This document shows, piece after piece, positions 1 through 9,002 of a DNA stretch of 64,000 bases. A model generated the notes under the pieces. That model had not been told where the DNA came from. It saw nothing but the letters and a program-made list of their open reading frames with translations, and made no database searches. A program made the position numbers and the translations under genes. How positions within the stretch are numbered: position 1 is the stretch's first letter; each line of letters opens with the position of its first letter. Source of the DNA: Longimicrobiales bacterium (GTDB lineage: Bacteria; Gemmatimonadota; Gemmatimonadetes; Longimicrobiales; Gaopeijiaceae); NCBI GenBank assembly GCA_965248195.1, contig CBDFIQ010000002.1, forward strand, positions 1,824,001 through 1,888,000, read 5' to 3'.

Positions 1-1373
1 AGCGGATCGCCTCGGAGACTGCCCTCGCGTGGATCGGCAACATCATCTTTTTGGTGGGAACGGTGGCCTTGCTGCTGTGGCTCGACGCGCGGCTCTTCGT
101 GGTCAGCCTGCTCATGGTCCCGCCGAGCCTCTGGGCACTCGTGCGTTATCGACGACGCCTGGAGGTCAGCGTAGGAACGCTCCGGCAGAGCAGCGCGGAC
201 ATCGGCACGTTTCTGATCGAAACGATTCAGGGCATGAAATTGGTCGTCGCGTCCAACGCGCAGGAGCGTGAGCTCGATCGATTCGGACGCAGAAATGACA
301 CGTTCGTCGACGCGCTGATGTCGATGCGATGGCTTTCCTATCTAGCCGGCGGCCTCCCGGGGCTGATCCTCTCGGCGGGTACGGCCATCGTCTTTCTGTT
401 CGGCGGCTCCCGGGTGATCGACGGTTCGATCACGCTGGGCACCTTCGTCGCCTTCATGGCCTACCAGATGCGCCTCCTCTCTCCGGTTCAGGGACTCATG
501 AATCTCTGGGCCAATTTCGCCACCGCCAAAGTTTCGCTCCGCCGAGTGCATGAAATCCTGGACACGGAACCCGGCGTCAGGGAACGAGATCACCCGCTCC
601 CTCTTTCTTCCGTTCGCGGCGCCTTGTCCTTCGAGGACGTTTCCTTCTCCTTCGGGCGAGGAGAGCCCGTCCTGGAGGGGGTGAACTTCCGCGTGGAACG
701 GGGGGAGATTCTCGCGATCGTGGGGCCGAGCGGAAGCGGGAAATCCACCGTGGCGGATCTTCTCACTCGGCATTTCGATCCAGACCAGGGCAGCATCCGC
801 CTCGACGGGCATGACCTGCGAGATGTCTCGTTGACGGACCTACGACGCCATATCGCGTCGGTCGACCAGGATCCCTTCGTGTTCAATTGTTCGATCGAGG
901 AGAACATTCGATATGCCGATCCCTCGGCAGAGTCGCAGGCGGTGGCGGAAGCGGCGGCGGCGGCAGGTTTGTTCGACTTTCTCGCCGGCCTCCCGGACGG
1001 CTTGAACACGGCGGTCGGTGAGCGCGGGCTCGCCCTCTCGGCGGGCGAGCGACAACGCATCTCCATTGCCCGAGCCCTCCTCACCGATCCCGAGGTCCTG
1101 GTCTTGGACGAAGCCACCGCCGCATTGGATCCACTGGCTCAGGAGCGCGTCATCGAGGGATACGAGGCCGTGATGAGGAATCGTACCACCGTGCTCATCA
1201 CGCACCGCCTGGAGTTGGCCCGGCGCGCGGATCGAATATTGGTGATCTCCGGCGCCCGCATCGTCGAAGACGGGTCGCCGGCCGAGTTGATTCGCGCCCG
1301 GGGACCGTTCTATCGGCTCTTTCGGCGAGAACTGGAGGCATCGTCCGCCAAACCGGTCGAGGCAGGAGCTTGA
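1..1373 (+). CDS. ABC exporter, fused TM + ATPase domains (QhpF-like peptide exporter), 5' end outside window
   Basis: TM helices followed by Walker A GPSGSGKST, signature LSAGERQR, Walker B VLVLDEAT and H-loop ITHR. The frame is open upstream of the ORF-track start at 51. Confidence 0.9.
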   Translation, partial: RIASETALAWIGNIIFLVGTVALLLWLDARLFVVSLLMVPPSLWALVRYRRRLEVSVGTLRQSSADIGTFLIETIQGMKLVVASNAQERELDRFGRRNDTFVDALMSMRWLSYLAGGLPGLILSAGTAIVFLFGGSRVIDGSITLGTFVAFMAYQMRLLSPVQGLMNLWANFATAKVSLRRVHEILDTEPGVRERDHPLPLSSVRGALSFEDVSFSFGRGEPVLEGVNFRVERGEILAIVGPSGSGKSTVADLLTRHFDPDQGSIRLDGHDLRDVSLTDLRRHIASVDQDPFVFNCSIEENIRYADPSAESQAVAEAAAAAGLFDFLAGLPDGLNTAVGERGLALSAGERQRISIARALLTDPEVLVLDEATAALDPLAQERVIEGYEAVMRNRTTVLITHRLELARRADRILVISGARIVEDGSPAELIRARGPFYRLFRRELEASSAKPVEAGA

Positions 1374-2119
1374 CCGGCGTGTCCGCCCGGGCTCCAGCCG
1401 GACATCGGGTCGGGCGGGACCACCCGTCGATTCGTGGCCGCTCGGGACGTGGCGTCACCGTGGCCGTAATCGACAGCGGTGTGCACGCGGAGCATCCCCA
1501 TGTGGGTTCTGTCGCAGGCGGCGTCGCGATCGAGCCGGACGGTGAAACCCATGCCGACTACCTCGACCGTCTCGGCCATGGGACGGCCGTAACCGCGGCT
1601 ATTCTCGATAAGGCCCCGGACGTCGACATCCAGGCGGTCAAGGTGTTCGGGCGAACGCTGGCTACGTCGAGCGGCGCTCTGGTGAAGGCGATCGACTGGG
1701 CCGTTGAGCAGAGGGTGCGCCTCATCAACCTGAGTCTCGGAACCGTGGGATCCGGAGGGGACCTGGTCCTGTGGGCGTCGGTCCGCCGTGCCGTGGAGCA
1801 GGGGGCTCTCATCGTATCTCCCGTGGAGCATGAGGGGCGGGTGTGGCTGCCGGGGAGCCTGGCGGGAGTCGCCGGAGTGACCCTCGACTGGGCATGCCCG
1901 CGGGACGAGGTCCGGGTAGCGCCCCCTCCGGCCGGTAAGGGCGTCTTTGTCGCGTCGGGTTTTCCCCGTCCCGTTCCCGGGGTCCCCGTGGAGGCCAACC
2001 TCAAGGGTGTGAGTTTCGCCACGGCGAACGTCACCGGAATCCTCGCCTGTCTTCTCGAAGATCGCCCCGAGATCCGATCGCTCAGCAACGTTTGGCCGCT
2101 ACTCCACGGGCAGGGATGA
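1370..2119 (+). CDS. Short S8 subtilisin-like serine protease (QhpE-like)
   Basis: Catalytic triad motifs VAVIDSG, GHGT and GVSFAT; no signal peptide or propeptide; TTGA overlap with the ABC gene. Confidence 0.85.
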   Translation: MTGVSARAPAGHRVGRDHPSIRGRSGRGVTVAVIDSGVHAEHPHVGSVAGGVAIEPDGETHADYLDRLGHGTAVTAAILDKAPDVDIQAVKVFGRTLATSSGALVKAIDWAVEQRVRLINLSLGTVGSGGDLVLWASVRRAVEQGALIVSPVEHEGRVWLPGSLAGVAGVTLDWACPRDEVRVAPPPAGKGVFVASGFPRPVPGVPVEANLKGVSFATANVTGILACLLEDRPEIRSLSNVWPLLHGQG

Positions 2120-2137
2120 CTTCAGCCCTCACGGACT

Positions 2138-2153
2138 GCTACCGTACGGTAGC
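2138..2153. terminator. 16-bp perfect palindrome between convergent genes (possible terminator)
   Basis: GCTACCGTACGGTAGC lies between the stops at 2119 (+) and 2157 (-); no U-tract. Confidence 0.35.
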
Positions 2154-2156
2154 CCC

Positions 2157-3308
2157 CTACCTGACCGCGCCGATCTCGCCGAACACCTCGTTCTGAATCC
2201 CGTACTCCCTCCAATCTCGGTAGTCGAAGTGCCACCACTCACCAGGATTGACGGTGAATCCCTCGGCCTCCATCACCCGCCGCAACAAATCCCGATGCCA
2301 CCGCTGTCTTGCGTTGCCGCCCGGATAGTCCGCATAAGAGCGGTGCGAGAACTCATCGTAGGAACTGGGCATTGGAATGGGTTCTCCGGTCACGAGTGCA
2401 TAGAGCGAGAGATCCACGGCTGCCCCTCGGTTATGCCTCGACCCACCCGCCGGATTCGCGACGAACTCACGCTGATCGGTGGGAGTGGCGTCCCAAAACA
2501 TCTTGGTCACGTACCAGGGACGGTACCCGTCGTGTATCAGTAGTCCGTAACCATAGGGCCCGAGCGCTCTGTGGGCCCGCGCCACGGCCTCGGCACCGGG
2601 ACGTTGAAGGAAGGCACGGGGGTCATCGTAGAAGACGGCGTTCATGAAGTTGTTCAGAGTTGCGTATCGGATATCGAGCTCGATCGTGGGAGCCAAGGAC
2701 GTGAGGTCCACCAATTCGGACTCTCGGAACGGCCCTGGCTCCACCGGTGGTGACGCCGCGAGCGCCTCGGTCCGAAGCTCCTCGACGTCCCGTACAGGGT
2801 CGATCCGGAAGGTCTCCCCCCCCACGGTGCCGATCTCCCGCCTCGTGAAAGACGCTCCGCCCATCTGGAAGCCCGCCGCACGGCCGTCGCCTCTGCGTGT
2901 GAAAAGGAGACGCTCCGCCGATTCGGCCCCCGATTCGACCCCCGGGGGACGCCCGAGAAACTCATCCGGTGACAACTCCTCCAACGGATAGGCCAACTCT
3001 CCCTGTCTTAGGTGGAGCCGCGAATCGTCCTCCAGGATCAGCCAGATGGTGTCGTCAGGCCCGTATTCCCCGATCAACCCCACCCAGTGGGTAGGCGGAG
3101 CCTCCGGGGCGGGCGACTGAGATGTAGCGGGCCCACCCGGCGGGAGAGCGGCTTGGCCCGGCAGTGAAGCCGGTCCCCCCTCTGACCGATTCGGAGCTCC
3201 GTCCGGCGAGCAAGCGGAGACCCAAACACTGGAAGCAACCATCAGCGCCAGCCGATAAGCGCGTCGGCTGGATCGCTTGGTGGGGTTCACCTCATGGCTA
3301 AACGGCAT
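2157..3308 (-). CDS. ddpX: D-alanyl-D-alanine dipeptidase (M15D, VanX/DdpX family), probable lipoprotein with extra N-terminal domain
   Basis: DGYRPW, SRHNRGAAVD and EWWHF zinc-peptidase motifs; lipobox-like VSAC followed by a Pro-rich linker. Confidence 0.85.
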   Translation of the reverse strand: MPFSHEVNPTKRSSRRAYRLALMVASSVWVSACSPDGAPNRSEGGPASLPGQAALPPGGPATSQSPAPEAPPTHWVGLIGEYGPDDTIWLILEDDSRLHLRQGELAYPLEELSPDEFLGRPPGVESGAESAERLLFTRRGDGRAAGFQMGGASFTRREIGTVGGETFRIDPVRDVEELRTEALAASPPVEPGPFRESELVDLTSLAPTIELDIRYATLNNFMNAVFYDDPRAFLQRPGAEAVARAHRALGPYGYGLLIHDGYRPWYVTKMFWDATPTDQREFVANPAGGSRHNRGAAVDLSLYALVTGEPIPMPSSYDEFSHRSYADYPGGNARQRWHRDLLRRVMEAEGFTVNPGEWWHFDYRDWREYGIQNEVFGEIGAVR

Positions 3309-3427
3309 GGCTAAACCTCATGGCTGGACTTCAAGGCTGAACCTCATGGCTGAACCTTTGGACTTCATGGCTGAACCTCATGGCTGAGCCTCATGGCTGA
3401 ACCTTATGGCCGAACCTCATGGCTCAA
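3290..3427. repeat. Tandem array of 13-bp units (consensus CCTCATGGCTGAA), 10 full copies plus one 8-bp partial
   Basis: Units start at 3290, 3303, 3316, 3329, 3342, (3355 partial), 3363, 3376, 3389, 3402 and 3415. Confidence 0.95.
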
Positions 3428-3459
3428 GCGTCGAGATAGCTGAACTTCGAGCGTCGAGC

Positions 3460-3489
3460 TTGAACCGCGCCGCACGAATCCCTTAGACT
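3460..3489 (+). promoter_or_regulatory. Candidate sigma70 promoter for hmuY
   Basis: TTGAAC-18 nt-TAGACT about 30 nt upstream of ATG 3519. Confidence 0.4.
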
Positions 3490-3518
3490 GTAGGCCCGAC
3501 CAGCACAAAAGAGCCAAC

Positions 3519-4184
3519 ATGACCACACATCACGACACCATCGGTGGCGAAGCCGGGACCGGAGTTTCGCTTCGTCCGCCTGCTGCGGCGATCGCGATCA
3601 TCGGCCTCCTCTCGATCGCGGCCGTGATGTTCGTGGTATCGAGCCTTCGGCGGTCCACCCCGCTGACTTGGTACCCGGTGTCCGTCGTGGATCCCCAGGA
3701 AGTGGGAGACCGGCTCGTTGGACCGTCGGTCTTTACGGTCGACGGAAGGGGGGACGAGCCCACCCTCTTCGACTTCTCCACCGGCTCGGTGGTCGAGTCG
3801 CCGGCTCCTCTGGGGTGGGACCTGGCGTTTCGGAGATTCACGATCCTCGCGAACGGGGGGCCGGACTTCGCCGGGCAGGGAGGGATCCTCAACCTCGGCA
3901 TCATTTCGCTCGACTCCCTGACGAGCGTTCCGACGAACGGTTACACCGTGAACACGCCTGGCCACGAGGTGAGTAATGCCGCAACAGCCCAGTGGTACGA
4001 TTACAGCTGGACCAGCCACGTCTTGAGCCCGAAACCCAATGTTTTCGCCGTTCGGACCGCCGACAGCCGGTATGCGGTGTTCGAGATCTTGAGCTATTAC
4101 TGCCCGGCCGCCCAGGCTGGCTGCACGACCATTCGGTACCGTTACCAGGGGGCCGGGGGTGCGGGGTTCGGCCCGGACGGATAG
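3519..4184 (+). CDS. HmuY-family protein with N-terminal membrane anchor
   Basis: WDLAFRR..I..NGG, WYDY....H.L.P...VFAVRTAD..YA.FEILSYY and terminal IRYRY are typical of HmuY. Confidence 0.85.
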   Translation: MTTHHDTIGGEAGTGVSLRPPAAAIAIIGLLSIAAVMFVVSSLRRSTPLTWYPVSVVDPQEVGDRLVGPSVFTVDGRGDEPTLFDFSTGSVVESPAPLGWDLAFRRFTILANGGPDFAGQGGILNLGIISLDSLTSVPTNGYTVNTPGHEVSNAATAQWYDYSWTSHVLSPKPNVFAVRTADSRYAVFEILSYYCPAAQAGCTTIRYRYQGAGGAGFGPDG

Positions 4185-4192
4185 CCCCCGAA

Positions 4193-4717
4193 CTAGCCCA
4201 CGACGACGGAGATGCCGACAAGGGCGCGGAATTCGGACCTCTTCTGGAGATCATCATTGAGGCTCGGAGTGCCCCGGGTGTTCTCTCTCCATTGATCTAT
4301 GCCGAGCTCGAAACGGAGGTGCAACGGCCCGGGCCCAATCTGGCGCTTGTTACCGACCGCAACGCCGTAGCCGAACTGGCTGACGCTCGAGCCACTTGCG
4401 CTGATTAGTAGCAGACCGACTTCTCCGCGGACATACAGGTTGGCCCGATAATCATACACGATCCCCGGCAGAAAGCTGATCACCGACACCGTCTGGCCAG
4501 AGGAGCGCTGGGCGAAGAGCGAGATGAGCGACTCGATGGTGAAGGTCTCAATCGGAAAACCGATACGCAACCAGTTGGACGGGATCTCGAACGTCGTTTC
4601 AGTGAGGCCGCCAACGCGCTCGATCCTCACACCGGAGTCGAATCCGAGCTGGAGTTGAGCCTCGGCAACGGGGGGTAGCACCAATAGGCCCGCCGCAAGA
4701 AATAGTGCGAGTTTCAT
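4193..4717 (-). CDS. Small outer-membrane beta-barrel protein
   Basis: GGAGG then ATG at 4717; signal peptide ending AEA-Q; alternating beta-strand pattern ending FRALVGISVVVG. Confidence 0.7.
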   Translation of the reverse strand: MKLALFLAAGLLVLPPVAEAQLQLGFDSGVRIERVGGLTETTFEIPSNWLRIGFPIETFTIESLISLFAQRSSGQTVSVISFLPGIVYDYRANLYVRGEVGLLLISASGSSVSQFGYGVAVGNKRQIGPGPLHLRFELGIDQWRENTRGTPSLNDDLQKRSEFRALVGISVVVG

Positions 4718-4818
4718 TCGACCTCCAAGCTGGTTTCGGTGGGTTGCATGGAATGTCATGGCCCCGTTGACCACGAACGGAGACGAATTAAAACGATGCA
4801 CCCGCATGGAGAGACTCG

Positions 4819-5661
4819 TCAAGCAGGTGGCTCCGGCTCGACGGTGAGCAAGCTTGGCAGGATCTGCCCGGCTCGGCCTCGAATGCTCGACACGGCGATT
4901 GTGGTCAGCGGCGTAGACTCTGGGTTCACCTCCACAACCGCGCCTCCCGACTCTCGCGTCAGGAGGGGCAGTGAGGCCGCCGGGTGTACCAGCCCGCTCG
5001 TACCCACGACCAGGCAGACCTCTGCGGTCTCCGCGCTTTCCATCGCCTGTCGAAGGATCTCGGGATCGAGGCCCTCTCCAAACCAGACGACGTCCGGCCG
5101 TAGCAGTGCCCCGCACTTCCTGCACCGTGGCAACGAAGCCTCGCTCTCGGCTTCGACAGGATGGCGATCCGAGGTCCGATCGTCGCATCCGGTGCAGCGT
5201 GTCCGAAAGAGAGACCCGTGGAGCCGAACGGGCGCGGCTCGAGCGGCTGAGTCCCCAGGGAAATTCCCCTCGGACACAGCTTCCTCCAGGGCTAATTCGT
5301 GCAGACCGTCCACGTTTTGGGTCACGAGTCGAGCATCTGCGTTTCTGAGGGTCAATCGGGCGATCGCTGCGTGGGCGGCATTGGGGCGGCAGACCCCCAC
5401 CCGCTCCCTCCGCCACCCGTACCACTCCCACACGAGTCTAGGATCGTCCTGGAAAGCCTCAGGCGTCGCGAGCGCCTCCGGCCTGTGCGTCTTCCAGAGA
5501 CCGTCGGGGCCGCGGAAGGTGGGAACCCCGGATTCCGCGCTTACCCCCGCCCCCGTAAGGATCAGAATCCGGCGGGCCGAGCCCAACAGCCGGCGCACCT
5601 GTTCTATCTCGTGAAGGTCGTGCGCCGAGAGCGTCCGGTCCGCCTGGCGGGTCTGTTCCAC
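4819..5661 (-). CDS. cobB: NAD-dependent deacylase (sirtuin, class III-like)
   Basis: GAGVSAESGVPTFRG, TQNVDGLH, LHGSL, two CxxC, RPDVVWFGE; WYxxR motif of desuccinylase-type sirtuins. Confidence 0.95.
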   Translation of the reverse strand: MEQTRQADRTLSAHDLHEIEQVRRLLGSARRILILTGAGVSAESGVPTFRGPDGLWKTHRPEALATPEAFQDDPRLVWEWYGWRRERVGVCRPNAAHAAIARLTLRNADARLVTQNVDGLHELALEEAVSEGNFPGDSAARAAPVRLHGSLFRTRCTGCDDRTSDRHPVEAESEASLPRCRKCGALLRPDVVWFGEGLDPEILRQAMESAETAEVCLVVGTSGLVHPAASLPLLTRESGGAVVEVNPESTPLTTIAVSSIRGRAGQILPSLLTVEPEPPA

Positions 5662-5693
5662 GGCCTACGTCCCGCTCCGACCGGGATCCACCA

Positions 5694-6062
5694 TCACCTA
5701 CGCAGCACAGCCCAGGCCAGGGCGCCCCAGCCCGCGATCAGGGCCAGTCCACCCACAGGCGTGACGGCTCCGAGCCAGCGTTGCCCCGTGAGGACCAGCG
5801 TGTACAGGCTCCCCGAGAAGATGACGATCCCGACGATCAACAGCCATCCGGCGAGCGTTGTCGCCCCCGACGGCCACCTGGAGGCGGCCCACGCCACGGC
5901 GAAGAGTCCGAGCGCATGGTACATGTGATACCGTACGCCCGTCTCGAATATCTCCAGATCGGCGGGGCTCAACCGGCCACGCAGCCCGTGAGCACCGAAG
6001 GCTCCCACGATGACCCCAATCATCGCCGCAAGCGCACCAGCGACCGCAAAAAATCGCTCCAT
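5694..6062 (-). CDS. DUF423 (YgdD/TMEM256) membrane protein
   Basis: GAFGAHGL, YHMYHALG, FSGSLY, TPVGG. Confidence 0.9.
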   Translation of the reverse strand: MERFFAVAGALAAMIGVIVGAFGAHGLRGRLSPADLEIFETGVRYHMYHALGLFAVAWAASRWPSGATTLAGWLLIVGIVIFSGSLYTLVLTGQRWLGAVTPVGGLALIAGWGALAWAVLRR

Positions 6063-6244
6063 GATCTTTCTCCCTTACCTCCTCACCAAGGTTGGACCCG
6101 CCGCCCCTAACCGGCTCGTGCACCACGCGTCGGGGGTCGCCCGAATGCGGGCTCAACCATAGGGGCGACCAGGCCCGGCTGCCAGAGCGGTCTTCATGCC
6201 CTCGCCAGGTAGCGCGCATACACCGAGTCCTGTAACCTCCCGAC

Positions 6245-7460
6245 ATGCCCCTCCCCACCATCGAGAAAACCGACACGCTCCGAGACTTCGGGGGCGGGAC
6301 CCGCCGCGTCGTGGTGGCGGTGAGCATCGCGCACTTCATCAACGACCTGTACTCGTCCTTCCTCAGCCCGCTCCTGCCACGGCTCATGGACAATCTGGGG
6401 ATTTCGATCGCCTTGGCTGCGAGTCTGGCGATGACGTGGTCCCTCGCCGGCTCGCTTGTCCAGCCCGCCGCCGGGTACCTCGCCGATCGATATGGGCGAA
6501 AGCTCTTCGTGATTGGTGGACCGTTGGTCTCAGGCGTCTTCCTGTCTCTCATCGGACTCGCACCGTCGGTGGAGGTGCTGGCTCTCATCCTGATCGCTGG
6601 GGGGATGGGCAGCGCGGCGTTTCATCCGCCGGGGGGCGGCGATGTCGGGTGGAGCCGCGGAGGGGAAGGGAAGTGGCCTCCGGATGTCCGTTTTTTCGTT
6701 TGGTGGATTACTGGGGTTCGCGGTCGGACCCTTGACCGTGGTCGGTCTCGTGGCCGTGGTTGGCCTGAGCGGGATGTGGATCGCCATGATCCCGGCGATC
6801 GCCGTGTGTGGCGTGCTCTTCATGATCCTCCCCGCGGATCGCCCCCATCCCGACGCGGCTCCTCCGCCGTTACCCATGGAGATGCTCCGGGCTCTGCGAG
6901 GCCCACTCGGCGTAATTTTCGGGATCGGCGCGCTGAGCGGATTCATTCAACGCCTGTTCATGACCCTGTCGCCGATCATCTCCTTCCAAGACGGCATCTC
7001 CGAAGCGACCGGCGCTCTGATCCTGAGCGTCTACATGGCCGGCCAGGCGGCCGGCACCGTCGTGGGCGGCGTCCTCACAGACCGCATGGACCGCGTTCTC
7101 CTCCTCGCCGGATTGACGGCGATTGCGATTCCGGCCCATTTACTCACGTTCTGGCTGCCTTCCGGCTCCTGGTTGATGCTCCTGTGCGCCGCCGTGGCAG
7201 GATGTCTCAACCTCGCGCTCATGCCTCCGGTCATCGTGCTTGCGCAGGAGATCATGCCCGAAAGCAAGGCCGTGGGCTCCGGGATCGTCATGGGTTTGGC
7301 GTGGGCCACGGGATCGGTGGGCGTGATCGGCTTCGGCTTCCTGGCCGATGGCATCGGGCCCCGGCCCGCCGCAATCGCATCGCTTCCGCTCCTCGCCATT
7401 GGAACGGTTTTGGCCTTTCATCCCGCACTCCGGCTCCACCGCAAGCCGGCGCATTGGTAA
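6245..7460 (+). pseudogene. FsR-like MFS transporter split by a +1 frameshift in a G6 run (6631-6636); may be a sequencing error
   Basis: N-half (HFINDLY, QP..GYLADR, AFHPP) is in the 6245 frame and C-half in the 6642 frame; removing one G gives continuous HPPGAAMSGG...GLRMSVF. Confidence 0.8.
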
Positions 7461-7472
7461 GGAGCCGACGAC

Positions 7473-8168
7473 GTGCCTCTTCAGGTGATTCCGCGGCGCG
7501 ACCGCAAGCTCAATGCCTTGATCAAGACGGCGACGGCGACGGCCTACCGAAAAGGAGGGCTCATCTACCAGCAGGGTGAGCCCTCGGCATTGGTGTTCCT
7601 GGTTCAGGAAGGGCACGTCCGCTTGACACTTCCGAAGACAGGCGCCGACTGTGGCCGCATCGTGGGGATCGCAGGGCCCCGAGAATTGGTGGGTCTCGAG
7701 GCTGTGACGCTCAACGTCCTTCGACGTTACACGGCCATCGCCGGTTCGGCCTGTACCGTCATCCCGTTGAAGGGTGCCGCAGTTTTCAAGGCGCTTCGGG
7801 CCTCTCCCATGACGCTCTCGCAATTCCTGCGCAGCAACGACCACGACCTGGCAGAGGCCCGGCTCATTTCATTGTCCTCCGGTTTTTCTTCCAAGGCCCG
7901 AATCGCGGATGTCCTCCTGGATCTTGCATACCGTTTCGGAGCGGATGATGGGCGACGGATCAAACTCGACCATTGGTTTACACATCAGGAGCTCGCAGAC
8001 CTCGCCGGCGCGCACCGCTCTACGGTAACCACGGCAATCAACGACTGGATCTATGACGGCGTGCTCAAGCAACAGCTGCGGGGCCTCATAGTCAACAAAC
8101 CCGGGACGCTCAGAAAGGCGGGTACCGAGGCTTCCAGAAAGCGGACAAGGAAGGTGGCCACCCGTTGA
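7473..8168 (+). CDS. Crp/Fnr family transcriptional regulator
   Basis: cNMP-binding-like N-terminus (IYQQGE, GHVRL) and HTH THQELADLAGAHRSTVT. Confidence 0.9.
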   Translation: MPLQVIPRRDRKLNALIKTATATAYRKGGLIYQQGEPSALVFLVQEGHVRLTLPKTGADCGRIVGIAGPRELVGLEAVTLNVLRRYTAIAGSACTVIPLKGAAVFKALRASPMTLSQFLRSNDHDLAEARLISLSSGFSSKARIADVLLDLAYRFGADDGRRIKLDHWFTHQELADLAGAHRSTVTTAINDWIYDGVLKQQLRGLIVNKPGTLRKAGTEASRKRTRKVATR

Positions 8169-8193
8169 CCCTCATTTAGCGTAAGGATAGGTT
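8165..8193 (+). promoter_or_regulatory. Candidate sigma70 promoter for TPR gene
   Basis: TTGACC-17 nt-TAGGTT upstream of ATG 8238. Confidence 0.55.
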
Positions 8194-8237
8194 TCCCAGT
8201 CCTTTAGCGGATATTTTCACGGAGTTGAACCGGCTGA

Positions 8238-8930
8238 ATGTCCAAGCGTCACCATCCCTCGTCCCGGCGCACACCCCGAACGCCTCACGATCAAGACGAC
8301 GCGTTCGTCGCTGGGGTCATCGATTCTTCCGAATGGGCGAGGACTCACAGGCAGGCCATCACGCTCATCGTGGTCGCTTTAAGTCTCCTGCTGGCCGGAG
8401 GCATCTATTACGTGAACTTCCAACGGTCACTCACGATTCAGGCCGTGAACCGTCTCGAGTTCATTCACCAGACGATCTCGATCTCCGCGTTTGAGGATGC
8501 GAAGGCCCAACTGAGTACGTTTTTGGATTCCTTCGAGGGTACGGATCAGGCTCGAGAAGCGGTGATTCTCCTCGCGCGGTTGCACCTCGAATCGGGCGAC
8601 GCCCCGGTGGCGATCAGCGTGCTCGAGCGCGCCGACCTCGGGTTCAGGGATCCCATCGGAATCCAAGCCAACTCTCTTTTGGCGCGTGCCTACGAACATC
8701 AAGGGCGATGGCCTGAAGCCGAAGACACGTACCTGGAGGTCGCCGATCGAACCGATTTCGATTTTCAGATCCGGGAGGCGCTCAACAGTGCAGCTCGAGC
8801 CAGGCGCCGTCAGCAGGATAACGCGGGTGCCGCAGAGCTGTACGAGAGAATCCTTGCGACGTTTGAAGAAGGCGACCCTGCACAGGGTCTCTACGAACTC
8901 CGCCTTGCCGAGGTGCAGCTTCTTTCCTGA
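8238..8930 (+). CDS. Membrane-anchored TPR protein (YfgM-like)
   Basis: Short basic/acidic N-terminus, one TM helix, TPR-like helices (LLARAYE..G.W.EAE..Y). Confidence 0.75.
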   Translation: MSKRHHPSSRRTPRTPHDQDDAFVAGVIDSSEWARTHRQAITLIVVALSLLLAGGIYYVNFQRSLTIQAVNRLEFIHQTISISAFEDAKAQLSTFLDSFEGTDQAREAVILLARLHLESGDAPVAISVLERADLGFRDPIGIQANSLLARAYEHQGRWPEAEDTYLEVADRTDFDFQIREALNSAARARRRQQDNAGAAELYERILATFEEGDPAQGLYELRLAEVQLLS

Positions 8931-9002
8931 CGCTGCCAGGGTGTCGGCCACCCATTCCACGTCCTCTAGCCCGATCTAGCCAAGTTCATGACCGACCCCA
9001 CA

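Noticed and set aside
3290..3427. Possible mini-CRISPR array
   Set aside because: Units are 13 bp and head-to-tail with no unique spacers; no cas genes nearby.
4718..5431. N-terminal extension of the 412-aa ORF 4193-5431
   Set aside because: Overlaps cobB in another frame; the RBS and signal peptide indicate a start at 4717.
4819..5661. Sir2-domain anti-phage defence protein
   Set aside because: Canonical Zn-binding CobB deacylase with no defence partner genes.
6637..7579. C-terminal part of the 444-aa ORF 6245-7579
   Set aside because: Out-of-frame Arg-rich read-through after the G6 frameshift.
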